Shown here piece after piece: positions 36,092 to 49,506 of a stretch of 64,000 nucleotides of DNA. Every line of letters begins with the position of its first letter. Positions within the stretch are counted from its first letter, which is position 1. Source of the DNA: Lingula anatina (lineage: Eukaryota > Animalia > Brachiopoda); the NCBI GenBank assembly GCA_051362555.1, contig CM120640.1, positions 38,542,788-38,606,787 on the forward strand. The letters are read 5' to 3'. The notes under the pieces are model-generated. The model saw only the letters and a program-made list of their open reading frames with translations. It had not been told where the DNA came from and made no database searches. A program made the position numbers and the translations under genes.

Positions 36092-37330
36092 AACAACAAC
36101 AACAATAATAATAATAATAATAATAATAATATTTATTTCATATATTTAGGCCACCGGCCTATATTAGGCCTACATTACAGTAACAGAAGTCAAATTTATG
36201 CCTTCTATATATCCCTAGGCTTGAAGCACTCATACACATACATTGCCAAGTTTGTGAAGAGAGTTGAATCTTCAGATTTCATGAGCTTATTAAAGTTGAA
36301 TACGTTTGCCTGAATGCCGGGGATATATTTGGCTCTATAGCCATTATACCGTGTACACACAAGCACGAAATGGTACTCGTCCTCTATGTTTATGCTTCTT
36401 TATAAGCATTGCAGCAATAATCACTCGAATTTCAAATCATGACGTTCTGGGCCGTGATAAGACATTTCTTATCTTCCACGATGTAATCACAGTTTATATA
36501 GCGCTCTACATTTAACAAAGTTTTATACTCACTGACAGGGGCAGATCCAGAGCTATTTACTGACAATCTTCCAAATTATCTTTGTTGATTCATCCTCTAT
36601 TTTTGACCATCTTACAACAGAAAATATTAGATACCCGTCAGTGTAAACTTGAAAATCTGACCGTCTTCCGGAAGACCCAGAAGACGGCCTAAATCCGCCC
36701 CTGACTGTAACTATTCAGCTGACTGTTGCCCTTCACATCAGCGGACCATTGTTGATATGCAGTGTTCTTCAACCGTTGAGTGAACTCGCTTAAAAAGTAT
36801 TCAACATTTCCTTTCTCTTGTGATAACCATAACACGCCAAAGCCGTAGCTAAATAATACGCGTTTTACCTTACTGGCCTACGTCATTCTACCATACAGTT
36901 CTAGATTTTATAGCATTTGGTAACATTGCCTCGGGTACTTGTCTCATCCCATACATAATAATTTAAACCAGTATTTAATGCTACGCGTGAGATAGTGGAC
37001 CGTTAGAGGCAGTCTTCTACACTCTCCTAGGCCTGCGGGGTTAGATGCGGAACTTGGTAAACCTAGGAAATATTTAAAAATTTTGATTTGCACTTTCTCA
37101 ATCACCCCAACATAATTGGTACCCCACATCTCATGCTATCAAAGATATGAAAGGCTACATTTTATGCTAGTCTCCCGCATTTTTTCTCAAAGCATTTAAA
37201 CATTGTGATCGCTCGTACAGCCTTAGCCGCATTATTTCGTAGAGCTGATGATCAATTAACGTGTTGATACCAGCACCCCAAGATACTTATAACTGTTGTG
37301 AATGTATGTAACTTATTTGAACCTTTTATA
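36092..37330 (-). mobile_element. Decayed, 5'-truncated non-LTR retrotransposon (LINE) ORF2 3' end
   Basis: Minus-strand remnants in LINE order: YKYLG (37277-37291), WG..IEKVQIKIFKYFLGLP..GE..PL..IKYWFKLL (36944-37129), EDEYHFVLV (36358-36384), ending in an (ATT)n tail at 36092-36130. Contains stops and frameshifts. Confidence 0.8.
36536..36703. mobile_element. CAGGGG-ended MITE inserted into the LINE relic
   Basis: TIR CAGGGGCAGAT / ATCCGCCCCTG; flanks ACTGA and ACTGT (imperfect 5-bp TSD). Confidence 0.65.
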
Positions 37331-39903
37331 GTCGACACGCTTTGTGTTGCGTTTTTATACTTTATCAGTGTCCTTATAGCAACATTTCATTTCTTCATTT
37401 ATGAACTAACTTATGTACGCAGTGGGGTAACGTACTAGTGACACACGTCAGTTTGTCTGGAAATTGAGGAGCCTGAGATACAAGGCAGATAGATGCAAGA
37501 AATGGAATTACGTGTACATCTTTGGTACCGGTAAGTCCTTACTTGGTGCAAGCCAGGGGTCTCATTCGGGTAAAACGTTTACATCAGTTAGTGTGCGATT
37601 ATTCAAGAAGTTTGTGGGATCTAATTGTAACACAGGTCCAATTAAAAAAAAGCTTATGCCACAGCCAGCAGCTCCGTCTGATCAAATTTCTATTTCTGAG
37701 GGCCCTGGAAACTCGCCTCTCTACTTTCCCCACGACTATGACATGAGGCATGTTGATGGTAGAGAAGTGTTGTGTGTTTCTAGAGACCTTTGCAACTAAT
37801 ATCATTATGCCTGCACACAAATGACGTTAGACCGGTCCCTGTAGGCCTCGCACTCGCCCTTGTTCTCATATGCAAACAGGCCGGCTATTCTTGGATCGAA
37901 TAAGGTCGTTTCCTTCACTGGCACTACGACTAAATTGTGTTACAGTCAGTTATAGTGAGTCCTAGGCCTGCTGCATGATTCATGGAGATTTAGGGCACGA
38001 TAAGAGAAAATCAAGGCTGTGAACGGTTCGACACAATTTTAAAATGAAATTGGAATAATACATTTACCTTAGCATTTCTCACCAATGTTCCAACTGAGCC
38101 CGTTCTGGAAACACTGTGATCGATCTCCGTTGAATAACAGCGGAATAAGACTGCTTTTCGTCTTCACACCACCCTATTAATTCTTACCTCATACCACAAA
38201 ACTACATAATGCAATACCCTAAATGAGATAGAAAAACATAAAACTCGGGCCTACCTGTGCCTCAGCAGTTATGAGCAACCCGCAACATTCAACAAAACAT
38301 TGAATACTAGCTGTCTTAGTACACACCGTTAGTACGCTGTTCTGGTTACGAGCTATTATAATAAATCATCCCCTTTCTGTGGCAGCACTACAGCCTCACA
38401 GTAATTTATTTGACCTAGATATTTTTTACACGGCTGCATTGGATGTTTGTCTGGACTGACCTTAAGAAAATTATTTTAGATTAACTCTGCATCTTTTTAA
38501 ACCACCCTCTCTCTCTATCATATTACTGAAGGTAAAAATATGTTCCAAAGAATGAATACGTTATTTTTTTTCTGAGGGTAACTGAATAATAAAAGGCGAT
38601 TCATCAACATGGTCTTGATCTAGTTGATTAATAGCCTTGTCAAATGCGAAATCACAATATAATTTAGTTAATACAAAAATAATTCTCTCGTGTCTTTAAT
38701 AGTGATATAATGGGAAATTTCAATGTATTTCACATATTTTTCTGAAAGTTGCATGACTTGATATACATTTTAGTGTTACTTGCCCAGTGCAAGTGATTTC
38801 TGCGGTCTAATAACCAGACTTAAAAACATACTTGCGCGCAAACGTAACTGACTTGCTAATGAATCACCTGCCTGACGTAAATTGTAGTTCAGACCCCCCC
38901 TCCCACACACACAGCAAAAAAAAACAAAAACAAATTAATTTGAAGTGGGGCATGTGGGGCAGCGGGGTAGTGTCATGCAGTAGCGCCTATCAGAGACGAA
39001 CATTTACCTCGACGAAGACAACGATAGTTATGGCTATTGTTTGGCGGGTGATGTGGTCAACGGCAAATATCAGCTGCTTGTCCCAGGAAGGTATCGCGAT
39101 GACAGAAACATCATTGGAGGTTCTACTGTCACTTGTCATTTCCTCCAGGCTACTTGCATGGCAAGGTGAACAGCTCAAATCATGACGGCATTTCATCGAG
39201 ACCCGAAACGCGGCGCGTCAGACAATGTTATCTGGGTTATTTTTACACCCACCAGCACTACCGATACACGTGCCTACCCTCATCCTGAGCCATAGATTGA
39301 TTTTTTTACTTAATATTCACAGATATGTCTCTAGGTAGGCTAATTATGTGCAGTTTTCTGAACAGTGGTGTAATGAAAAGTGCAGTAGAAAACTGTGTCA
39401 CGAATTAGCCAGGGGCATGTTTGTGAATATCTGGGATTGGTATAGAATCAGTCGCCAGCTGAGACATGAACCGTTTTGATCCCAGCTGAATGCGGTGGCA
39501 AGGATTAACCATGTGCATGTGCTTGCATTTCTGCCAGCTTTTGGTATAAAAAGTGAACATAAAATCCTGCATGAGACTTTGATGATAATGATGATAGACA
39601 GAGTGATCGAATGCGGTTTGCAATGTGTACAGAAGACTTGACTTTTATTTACTGCGTAACACCATTCTGGTCTTATGACATAAGCACTTACAGGTCACTG
39701 CTTTTTTAATCTGATGATATTTCAACAAAATTTGAATGTTTTATCTTAATTAACTGCGTTTTTGAAAAAAAGCTTTCTAAATGCGTTTGATCTCGATGGA
39801 AAACGTTGCTCCACAAGTGGTGTATTTCTTAGTATTCCTAAGTATATTTATAACGCGTACATAACTGAATTGTCTTAGCTAACGAAACGGCATGTTAATT
39901 TTG

Positions 39904-41946
39904 TCATATATGTTGTTTTACAAATGGTAAACTACTGTAATAATCCACATCAATTGGAAAATGGTCTTCGTTAGCTGTCCTGTTAAAGTAAAGCTCTTCC
40001 ATACAGTCATACGCTAACGGTTCAAACGTCAAATGGAATTTGTTGGCAAATAGTTCTTTACGAGAAAGTAATTTAGGAAGGTCTGTCACGCCAAATACGC
40101 ATATGGCACGTACCACCTTGCCGCCGCAGTATTTGGCGTCTTCTCCGTACAGCCATAGCTTGTACCGGGTCAAAAACGGCTTTTTCTCAATATCACCTGA
40201 AACATAAATGAAATTCATAAGACTGATATTATGACTGATCTTTAAAGAAAGTTTCTATGTTTCGAAGCAATATTTGATTGAATAGTTATTCTTAATAATC
40301 AAAACATTTATAACCTCCACTTATTTAAGTATGTGGAAGAAAACGCGTTTTTCTTTACACGGAACCATTTTTTATGCACTGGGAGCTTTCGTTATTTTAT
40401 TTTTTTACGAGTGGATGTTACCATCTTAGATCAACCGAGATAATATTTTAGGCTTATCTAAAATTAAAATCTTAGTGCTTCAAAGTAAAGACGGGACAAA
40501 TTCAATATTGTCTCAAAACCAGCCACGTGGTAAACATGAAGCAATGGACTGAATTGTTCAATGTATTTTTAACTGAATGCAAAAACCCTTAAACACATTG
40601 GTAAAAACGGATTTAAACCAGGGCAAACTTTTTTATCGTTTTATCTCCCTCAGATATTTTCCAGCCTCATAAAACAAATATAAAAACAAATATAAAACAA
40701 ATACCATATGCGAGAGGTTACCTGTGAAAGCCCCTGGTACTTTTAAGTGTGGGTTGATGTTGAGAGTGGCAAAGAAAGTCTCATCTGGAGTCCCAGTGTC
40801 TTTAACCCACTCTAAGAAATATTTTCCTATTTCACTATTGATGACGTAATCGACATAGCCTCTGGTTGCCGCTATGTGGACAGATCCTTTGGCAAGTTTT
40901 ATTTTCCAGCGTGGTGGCGACTTCTTTACGTTTGTCCTATAGAAACCACTCCAAACGTATTCTGTTCGATCGAGGTTCCTACTGCAAGAGATACAGGAAA
41001 ACGGGATTATATATTGATTTGATTGATTATCGATGGAGCGTAAACGGCGACTCAGCTTGACTTTAAAAAAGCCGACCGGGGAAATTGACCTCCTTGAAAG
41101 ACATTTTTTTCTTTATTTGACATATGTTCACAACATTGTTATGTAATACTCTACTGCAATGCGGCGTAAAATTTTTTTTAAGACATCAAAGTCCCAAGTT
41201 TTATCATGTTTACACAGACTGTCGACAACTCAACATCAATTTCTATGAAAACATTTAATCAAACCAGCAAAGAAATAGGTTTGTGGTGGTAGTCGTATAC
41301 TCGTGCCACCGTCGTGCTCTAAACAGCCCTTAATCCCCTATTCATCCTTATCAACTTTGCTAAACACGTTCATTTGCTATCAATTATACATATGTTTGTG
41401 ACTAAAATCCAGATCCAATTTTTTACCGTCCAGTGTCGGTATAATGTAATTTTGGTGAGTTAGCACGTAGCAAAATTAAACAAGGAAGTGGAACAGACAA
41501 GAAGTTACACGACGAAGTATAAATATCATGTTTCAGCATGATTTATCTTTCTTTGTGTAACTACTTGTCTTTTCGCTTGCCTTTGGTTTTAATAAAAAAA
41601 GTGTTTTATCGTGAAACTAATTCATAAACACGCCTGAAGTGTTTTAAATGCGCCTCTGTTGGCTCTCTGGTGGGAAGCTGTTCGCCTACTGGTACCCTGG
41701 GTTTCAAATGTCCATGAAAACTCTATATTATTAGCATGCTGACAGTAGTAAGAGAGGCGAGTTTAAAATAACATCTATTACTTGGATGGTGGTGGTGGTG
41801 GTGGTGGTGGGGGTAATATATTGGCGGACACAATCCGATCCAGAGCAGTACAGTACAGAGCTTGCCATTGTACCTAAGCTTTGCTTGGGGGATGGGCGTG
41901 AAATCTCATAATTTCTTTTAAACAAAGAAATGGTTTAGATAAGAGT

Positions 41947-42002
<56 letters not shown>

Positions 42003-42996
42003 ACACACACTAAGAAAAACAGCTTTGCCACTAGTGATACTCAGAAAGGAAAAAAAACATAACTCAGGGAGAACTTTCATTAGACCCTCCTGGGTCTATT
42101 ACTGTTTGTCTACGATATATCAAAAGTTTTTTGTTTGTTTAGTTTATTAAAAAGCCATATTATCATTGATCAGTGACTGCATGACCTAGATTATCTGACC
42201 AGACCAATGTAATTTATATCCATCTCAACTATATGCTGTAGTGTACTAACCTTTTGATGTTTCCATCAATATCATTAGAATTATTATATGTTTGCAGTAT
42301 TTTCACCAGTTCTTTGTTGGTTTTTAGTGGAAACTCCTGTCCAACTAAGTTTAAAAAATATTTCCAGTTTTTCTTCTTTAATAATTCTCTCATGCAGAGT
42401 ATTTCTGGTTCCAAAACGCTAAATTCAGCCCATCTAACATCTACGCGTCTCGGGGCCATAAAGACGTTTTCTAAACATTCGCTCAGCAGCACTACCGCTT
42501 CATAGAAATCCTTTGGTGATTTGCTATCAACATGGATACAGTAAAAATTATGAGGGCGGTATACAGCTCGCAGCAACCTCTCCACCTGCTCAATGTCTTT
42601 GTACACCAAAATACTAAAAGCCAGCGGAAATTTCTTCTCTTCGGGAGATGCAGACAGGATATATTTCCTCTTATTTTTGAAGGCTGTGCAGTCTGATAGT
42701 GCGGTCTTGTAGAAATCAGGCGTGAGCGCTATTTTTGGGGTTTCCATCGCCTTCTTGGCCTGCATAACCGCGTGCCTGTCTCCTTCAAATAACGCTTTGC
42801 AATTCCGTTGAAGCTGGTCTACTTTGTTCTGTTCCAGAACACCTAGTCTGTTGGCTTTCATGGCATATGGAGCCTGTTTGAAAGGTGAATAGTTTTCCTT
42901 CCCACTGTAAAGCAGCAATATGAACAGAAACAGCAAGCAGAAACCACAACTTATAGCAAAACAGGTTACTTTACACACAGGAGTTCTCTGCTCCAT
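39904..42996 (-). CDS. GT14 beta-1,6-GlcNAc-transferase (GCNT family), paralog C (older). Exons 42251-42996, 40722-40981, 39904-40196.
   Basis: TM anchor; EEKKFPLAFS, RPHNFYCIHVD, WKYFLNLVGQEFPLKTN, KGSVHIAA, TPDETFF, CGGKVVRAICVFG, ANKF. Same intron positions and phases as A and B. Exon 2 is missing from the ORF track but is open. Confidence 0.93.
41950..41998. repeat. (TA)n microsatellite
   Basis: Read directly from the sequence. Confidence 0.95.
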
Positions 42997-44337
42997 AGGG
43001 AAAGATGATTGACCTCAGCTGCCTGCCGGGACGAACACAAGTTCTGGAACCCTGATGTAAGGCAATCCCAGGCTGTCTGGTAATACTCGGGCCTCATGAA
43101 ACATTTATTCCAAGACATCGATCTAGGGCGCATGGATATGTGGTAAATGGGTCTTTATCTAAACTTAACCGATGGAAGAAAGAGCGAGGGGGCACTACCC
43201 GTAACGCATTGCAATCGATAATGCCTGTAGGCAAACCGATGATATCCACTGCGCTATTAAATACGGATGTCATTGAGTAATAAAGTTTGTAATTGTATCT
43301 GTAATTGTAATTGTATCAAAAATCATTATTGTTGATCCTTTGTTACATAATTTTAAGCTGGGCTACATTAAGTAACTAAACGCTATGTAATAAACAGCTT
43401 TCTCTGTCTCCGTCCCGAGTATACACCCTTGGTCTAAAAGTTTGCTCCGCCTTCAATTCTATGTGCTTTCATTTTACAAATGGAGATCACCTCACAGGTA
43501 AAAATTGCTATAAATAGTGTTTTTTATTCCAGATACCACATCTAACATGATTAATGGCACAGAAATACAAAATAACGGTGAGGATATACATATTTTATAC
43601 TATTTATTCAAATTTATAACATGTACCCCCTTAAATCCGATGTTTCACTGTGCTTTCCACAGATGTAAAGAATTGTCCATTATATTAAAGACACCACCAA
43701 ATGTCACCAAACTTAAGCTTTGGGATGTGCTCCTATGAGGTCACCCGCCTGATATCATGTGTATTTTCCGCGTCACATAAAACGTCACAGTAAGCAACTG
43801 AACAGAGAGTAAATAAACAAACTTATTTGCTATGGCAAAACAAAACGATCTATATTAACAGATAGTTACACATTTGGATACTAGTCCAAATCATAGGAAG
43901 AGGCTGATTTTGTGTTTGTAAACGATTATGGCATACAATAAGGGTAGATAAAACGTCTCGTAGTGCAAAATGATAATAAAATGATAATAATAAAAAATCC
44001 GCATACTTTGAACTTATTTAGGTTGAATAAAAACCAGAATTTCGTCCACCAAATGCGTTTGGATGCAATGTTTTTGAACAAATGTCAGAAAAAATCGGCA
44101 TAAATATGCCTTTACTGTTTTCTCTCCCCCAACACGTATGACACTCAAACTGCATTACAATAGGACATATACTTTACATTTCAAGATTGGTGCTGCAGAT
44201 AAACATTTTCGCCATGTAAAACTTTCATACTTAAAAATAAATGTATCTATTACAGCAGTGAAGATACATGCTCATCGTTTTGTTAAAATCAGTCTTAACT
44301 TTCCAATTGAACGTCAGGCAGTGCACTATAAGTCTTA

Positions 44338-44561
44338 GACTCCGTTCACATGAAAAATCTATTTTCTAAAAATCTATTTTCTATTCGCGGTATCTTGTGA
44401 TCACTCCGAACGCAGCCGAGAATTAATTACAGCTTTGGAAGTAACTGGCTCGCGCTGCCAGTAATTACGCCGCGGGGTATTCAGGGCACAGACCGTGATC
44501 ACAAGATACCGCAAATAGAAAATAGATTTTTAGAAAATAGATTTTTCATATGAACGGAGCC
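44338..44561. mobile_element. PIF/Harbinger MITE with ~65-bp TIRs
   Basis: TTA|GACTCCGTTCACATGAAAAATCTATTTTCTA.. / ..TAGAAAATAGATTTTTCATATGAACGGAGCC|TTA. Confidence 0.88.
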
Positions 44562-44611
44562 TTAATGCATCACCGATAGCATTTCGTCCACGCTAGGATC
44601 CAAGATATATA

Positions 44612-44814
44612 TACGGAAGCCGACTGGTGTCATGTAAAAAAATTACTATCTCGAAATTTCGAGGTAGCTACCTCGAAATATCGAGATAATATTTTTATCT
44701 AAATTTCAAAATACCAGCTTGAAATTTCGAGATCACAATTTTTTGTCCAAATTTCAAAATACTCGAAAATTCGAGATTATGATTTTTTTAACATGACACC
44801 AGTCGGCTTCCATA
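44612..44814. mobile_element. MITE inserted in a TA run
   Basis: TIR GGAAGCCGACTGGTGTCATGT / ACATGACACCAGTCGGCTTCC; internal CTCGAAATTTCGAG palindromic repeats; TA-rich flanks. Confidence 0.85.
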
Positions 44815-47099
44815 TAAATGCGTTGTAGCGGAATAAAACTCTGGACCACGATTAAGTGTCCACCCCGGGTTTAGTTGCGACAGTTCCACCGTGTTACTTA
44901 ACAGCTGGTCGCTTAAGCCGAAGTATTTGTAGGTGTGTTTGGACGCTAAACGCACGTTATCTCTTCCGTGGATGTAGAAGGCACCCCCCACCACTCGGCG
45001 CACCTTTGAATTTGTGCACTGTTTGACAAACTTTTTCATATGGTCGCCTGGCCCATAAACATGAAGCGATATTGACATCCACCATCAGCGTTGGTTTGTC
45101 TGTCTGTTAGTGGTCAAGATCTTTTCAATAAGTTCTCAAATTTTGATAAGATTTTCAGGATGGGCAAACAGACAGAAAAGAGGGAAGGGACTAATAACAC
45201 TTTCAACTGAATCTACCCGAAATGATTTTATTGCCTCTTTAATAAATGACTCTGGATATTACGGTTGTGTTAGACAAGTGCACACTCAACAGACAAGTCA
45301 TTAAGATCACGGGTAACAGTTATTTCAAGACCATTTTAATTTTCATTTAAAATGACAATCTTAGACAATTTAAGTCAAGTAAGCTGGGTGTACTGATAAT
45401 TGACCAATAGATAAGACCCCAGCTTACAGCTACTTGTGGACCAATGATTGACAATCTTAACAGAGTGAGATTCTACCTGTAGACAACATATTACAACAGG
45501 CTGTCAGGTACTAGCATACTGGTGTGTATCTCACCAAATTAAGAACACCAGGTGATTAACAACAGTGAAAAGCAAGGCACTTTCAGTTTGTTCAGCAAAG
45601 ATGTCGAATAAACATGGATAACAAGTGTATTATATAACTCAAGCAACATTATAAAATAAGACATAAGATAAGACATGAACAAAAACAAGAAGTTAAATAT
45701 GAATGCCAACTATCGACCGCTGCCAAAATTAAATTATTTTTCTCAGCTTCTTACGAATATTTAAGAAGCAAAAGAAAACAAATAAAAAAATTCTTTTATT
45801 TAGGCGTGCACCTGTTTGTCGGCTAAAAAAACTTAGGTAACCTAATTTGAATTCAGGGAATGTTTTATCCACCACTGTTAATTCAATTTTGGTCCCTTGG
45901 AGATGTCTGCATCAAGAGAGAGAATAAGAGAATGCACAACTCAAAATAATGAAAACCAAATTCTATCCCTTAGCTATTGCAGCCCTTTCATATGAGAAAC
46001 AAAACATCTTTAAAAAATGGTTGATTCTCCAGCTAAAGGCACATTCACCATAAATTCAGAGTAAATAATATATACAATTAACAATAAATACCAAAATTTG
46101 TATAAAAAATATAGTTACCTAAACTGCCCCTCAATCTAACTAGCAAATTTCCAACTTTTAAAAGTTTATGATCATGTTATGACAATACCTCTAAAGTAAC
46201 TTTTTTTTTTTTTTGCAATACTGCAGTGGCTTGATTATGGTTTTTAGCTTCATATGTTTTAGTAAATATGAATTTTCTAACAATAAAGAATATATATAAA
46301 GACGTCATACAGTGTATACAGGTCTATTCACTATTTTGTTGTGTGGTAATAATATAATATATTAGACTATATGTGGATATAACTGGATTTAACTTTTTTC
46401 ACAATCGGGACATCAAGAAATCACAGATACATGTAATTTACATATTGACTGGACTGATATTAATTTTTTTGCCATTAGCAATACAGAAGATCAATTGAAT
46501 GTCATTATGAAAATCTGTTTTTATTTTAGAACAAATACGGCTGATAAATTGAAATTGCTAGGACATGATTAATGTGCAAGATTTTATGTGATTTTGTTTG
46601 TTAAGTAATGTACAGCTGATATATTAGAAAGTGATACGACATGATTGATGTGCAAGATTTTCTGTGATTTTATGTTTAAGTTATTTTAAACGTTTTTCCA
46701 GCTGTAAAATTCAATTAGCAATAAAAAAAGATCCATTAAATGTCATTATGAAAATCTGTTTTTATTTAGAAGAAATACAGTTGATATTTTAGAAATTTCT
46801 AGAGCATGATTGATGTGCAATATTTTCTGTGATTTTATCTTTGATAAATACTGTTAAATATTTTATAGCTGGAAATTAAATTAGCAATAAAAGATCTTTT
46901 ACTGAACATCATCAAACTCTGTATTTATCTAAAACAAATACAGCTGATGTTACAAATAGCTAGGACCTACTTGATGTGCAAAATTATAGTTATGTTGTCC
47001 ACTCTGAAATAATTTAACCTTTCCTTCTGAATCATGTTTTGTCAATGAACATGTTGATAAAATCCATTATGAAATAATTTAACCCTTCCTTCTGAATCA

Positions 47100-48896
47100 T
47101 CATGTTTTGTCAATGAACATGTTGATAAAATCAGCCATTCCAAAATCATTGGTTCCTATGGCAACAAACCCGTAGGCTGAGACAACAGTCTTTAGCTCAA
47201 GGTTGAACACATCTTTGCTGTTTAACATGCCCCTCACCTTCTTTCCCTAAATTGATAATTTTTTTTCTGTAAAAACCAGTTTTTAATTTGCTTTATATCT
47301 ATGACAATCTAAACATGCTGATAAAAATGAGATTCTGATTACCATTACACTAAGCAGTTGAGTTGAAATTCATCCTGGATATTAATTTTACAGTTGAAAA
47401 AATGCATCCAAGCTCATGCCATCCTTTTGTAAACATGTCATTTCTAGATACAGCAGCATACATTGGTTTGATGTAAATAACGTTTATTGTAACACTTGTT
47501 ATTGCTGTATACTATACTATGACACTCACCTGGGCAAAAAGAGACATAGATGTCCAAGTATTAAAATCAATGCTATTTGGAAGAGTTCCGTTTGCATAAA
47601 CAACTTTTTGGGCTGAAAAAGAAGATAAAAACAAAGTATAATCATTTCATTAATTAAATTTTTTTATTTCATTTAAGTATAATGATTTCAATAATTTATC
47701 ATTTTTTTCAAAACTATATTTGTTTTTAAAAAAGGGCTTCACAATCACATCTTTTTCTTGCTTGCTATTCTTGTTAATGCTCATACTCAAAATAATGTAT
47801 GTATTTTTACAGCAAGTCTCAATGAAAAAAAAAATTACCATAATCTGAAGAAAGCAAAAATTTCCTTTCCTCCAGTAGCAACCAGAAGTACAGGCCATTA
47901 GAGTACATGGCACTGCATCCCCCACTGCTGACGCGGCTTGCTATAAATACCCCTGAGCTACCATTACTTGCTGGCACTCTACACGTGATTTCTACTCTGA
48001 CATCTGCCCTGCAACCATCATTTAACTTATAATGATCACTGGATTAAGTGTACCATGTATGTCTTGAAAAAAATTCACAAAGAATGGCAACTGATACGTA
48101 ATTGTTGTTTTGTAATTATGATAAAATCAAGTACACCTATATCTACTGAACATTTTACAATAAATGAATTGTTATAAAAAGTAATTTTTCATATATTTGG
48201 GATGCTTTTATTCAACGAAAAAGATGTAAACATTAATTCGAATGCTCAAGATATTTGCATATCATAGGCATACTCAGGTAGTAAAAAAGAGGTAAGTTAT
48301 TTCTTAGGAAACTTGACATGTTTTTACCTGTGAGGCATGATATTTCATATCATGATATTTCCACAAGTCCGTGATGTAATCATAACAGGTAAAAACACAT
48401 TTTATCTCATAAGAAACAGTTTCCTTTTTTACCATCTTAACACAAAAGGCAATATAAACATACTTCATCATACTAAGGAACTGCCTTTTAAAATTTTCTG
48501 AATGAAATCAAAACCCATCAATTTCACCAACTCTAGATGTTTAAACGGTGCTTTTTCTCCATACCAAGAGTGGTTTCCTATCACAGCAATGGGCCTGGGC
48601 ATTCTCTTGGGCAAACAGGTGTCTATGGGAGGCTGAGGTACCACTTGACGTAGCACCTTAGGAATTCCAGGTTCAGAGGAAGACCTGATCTCAAAGGAGC
48701 CAGCTTGTGGTGCTAGATTATAAGGTTCACTGAATTCTGCATAGTCTGGAATATGAAAAGGGTACAATAATACAGGGGACAGTGTGACTATACAATGATG
48801 TAGCCAGGATTTTGCCAAGGTTGTATAAATTGTAATACAATACTAAATGTGATTGCATGTGACTGTTATAAAGCTCACATATGAATCTATTGAAAA

Positions 48897-48945
<49 letters not shown>

Positions 48946-49474
48946 GCGAGCGCATAATAAATTAAATCTACTAGAGATTTTGTTACAATATTTTCTTTTT
49001 TTTCTTCCATTGTGAGATGTTATTTCTATAATCTCTTTCATAACTCTAGCTGCATGTAAAAAATGTGTCTGAATGAATGCACTCAATACCTTGGAATGTA
49101 TCTTTATATGGCAAAGGAAATGGAGCAGGTGGGGGAGGAGTGGGGTACTGTCCCTTCCTTCCACTCTTCACTGTGGTTAATGTGATCACAACATTTGGCA
49201 TGACAGTTAAGCTGAAACTGCCATTCACAACCTAGGCGAAAGAAAACTATAATTTCTTGAACGAGTTGCACAAAGACTTAACACAGCAATAACAGCAATA
49301 AAATATTTATATCCCATTATGATATTAAAAGAATTAATGAGAAATATATTTGTAAATTTGAAGAGAAGTTGAACATGGTTATATTTTGTGAGTATTGGAC
49401 CCTACACCAGATGCAAATGAAAATGTTTATGACATTTGCTCTGGATTGTTACATGAAATAACACTTAGAGTGTC

Positions 49475-49506
<32 letters not shown>

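Noticed and set aside
48277-48436. Degenerate inverted repeat in a GALC intron
   Set aside because: Probably an old MITE (GTTTTTACCTGT / ACAGGTAAAAAC), but ends and TSD are too decayed to call.
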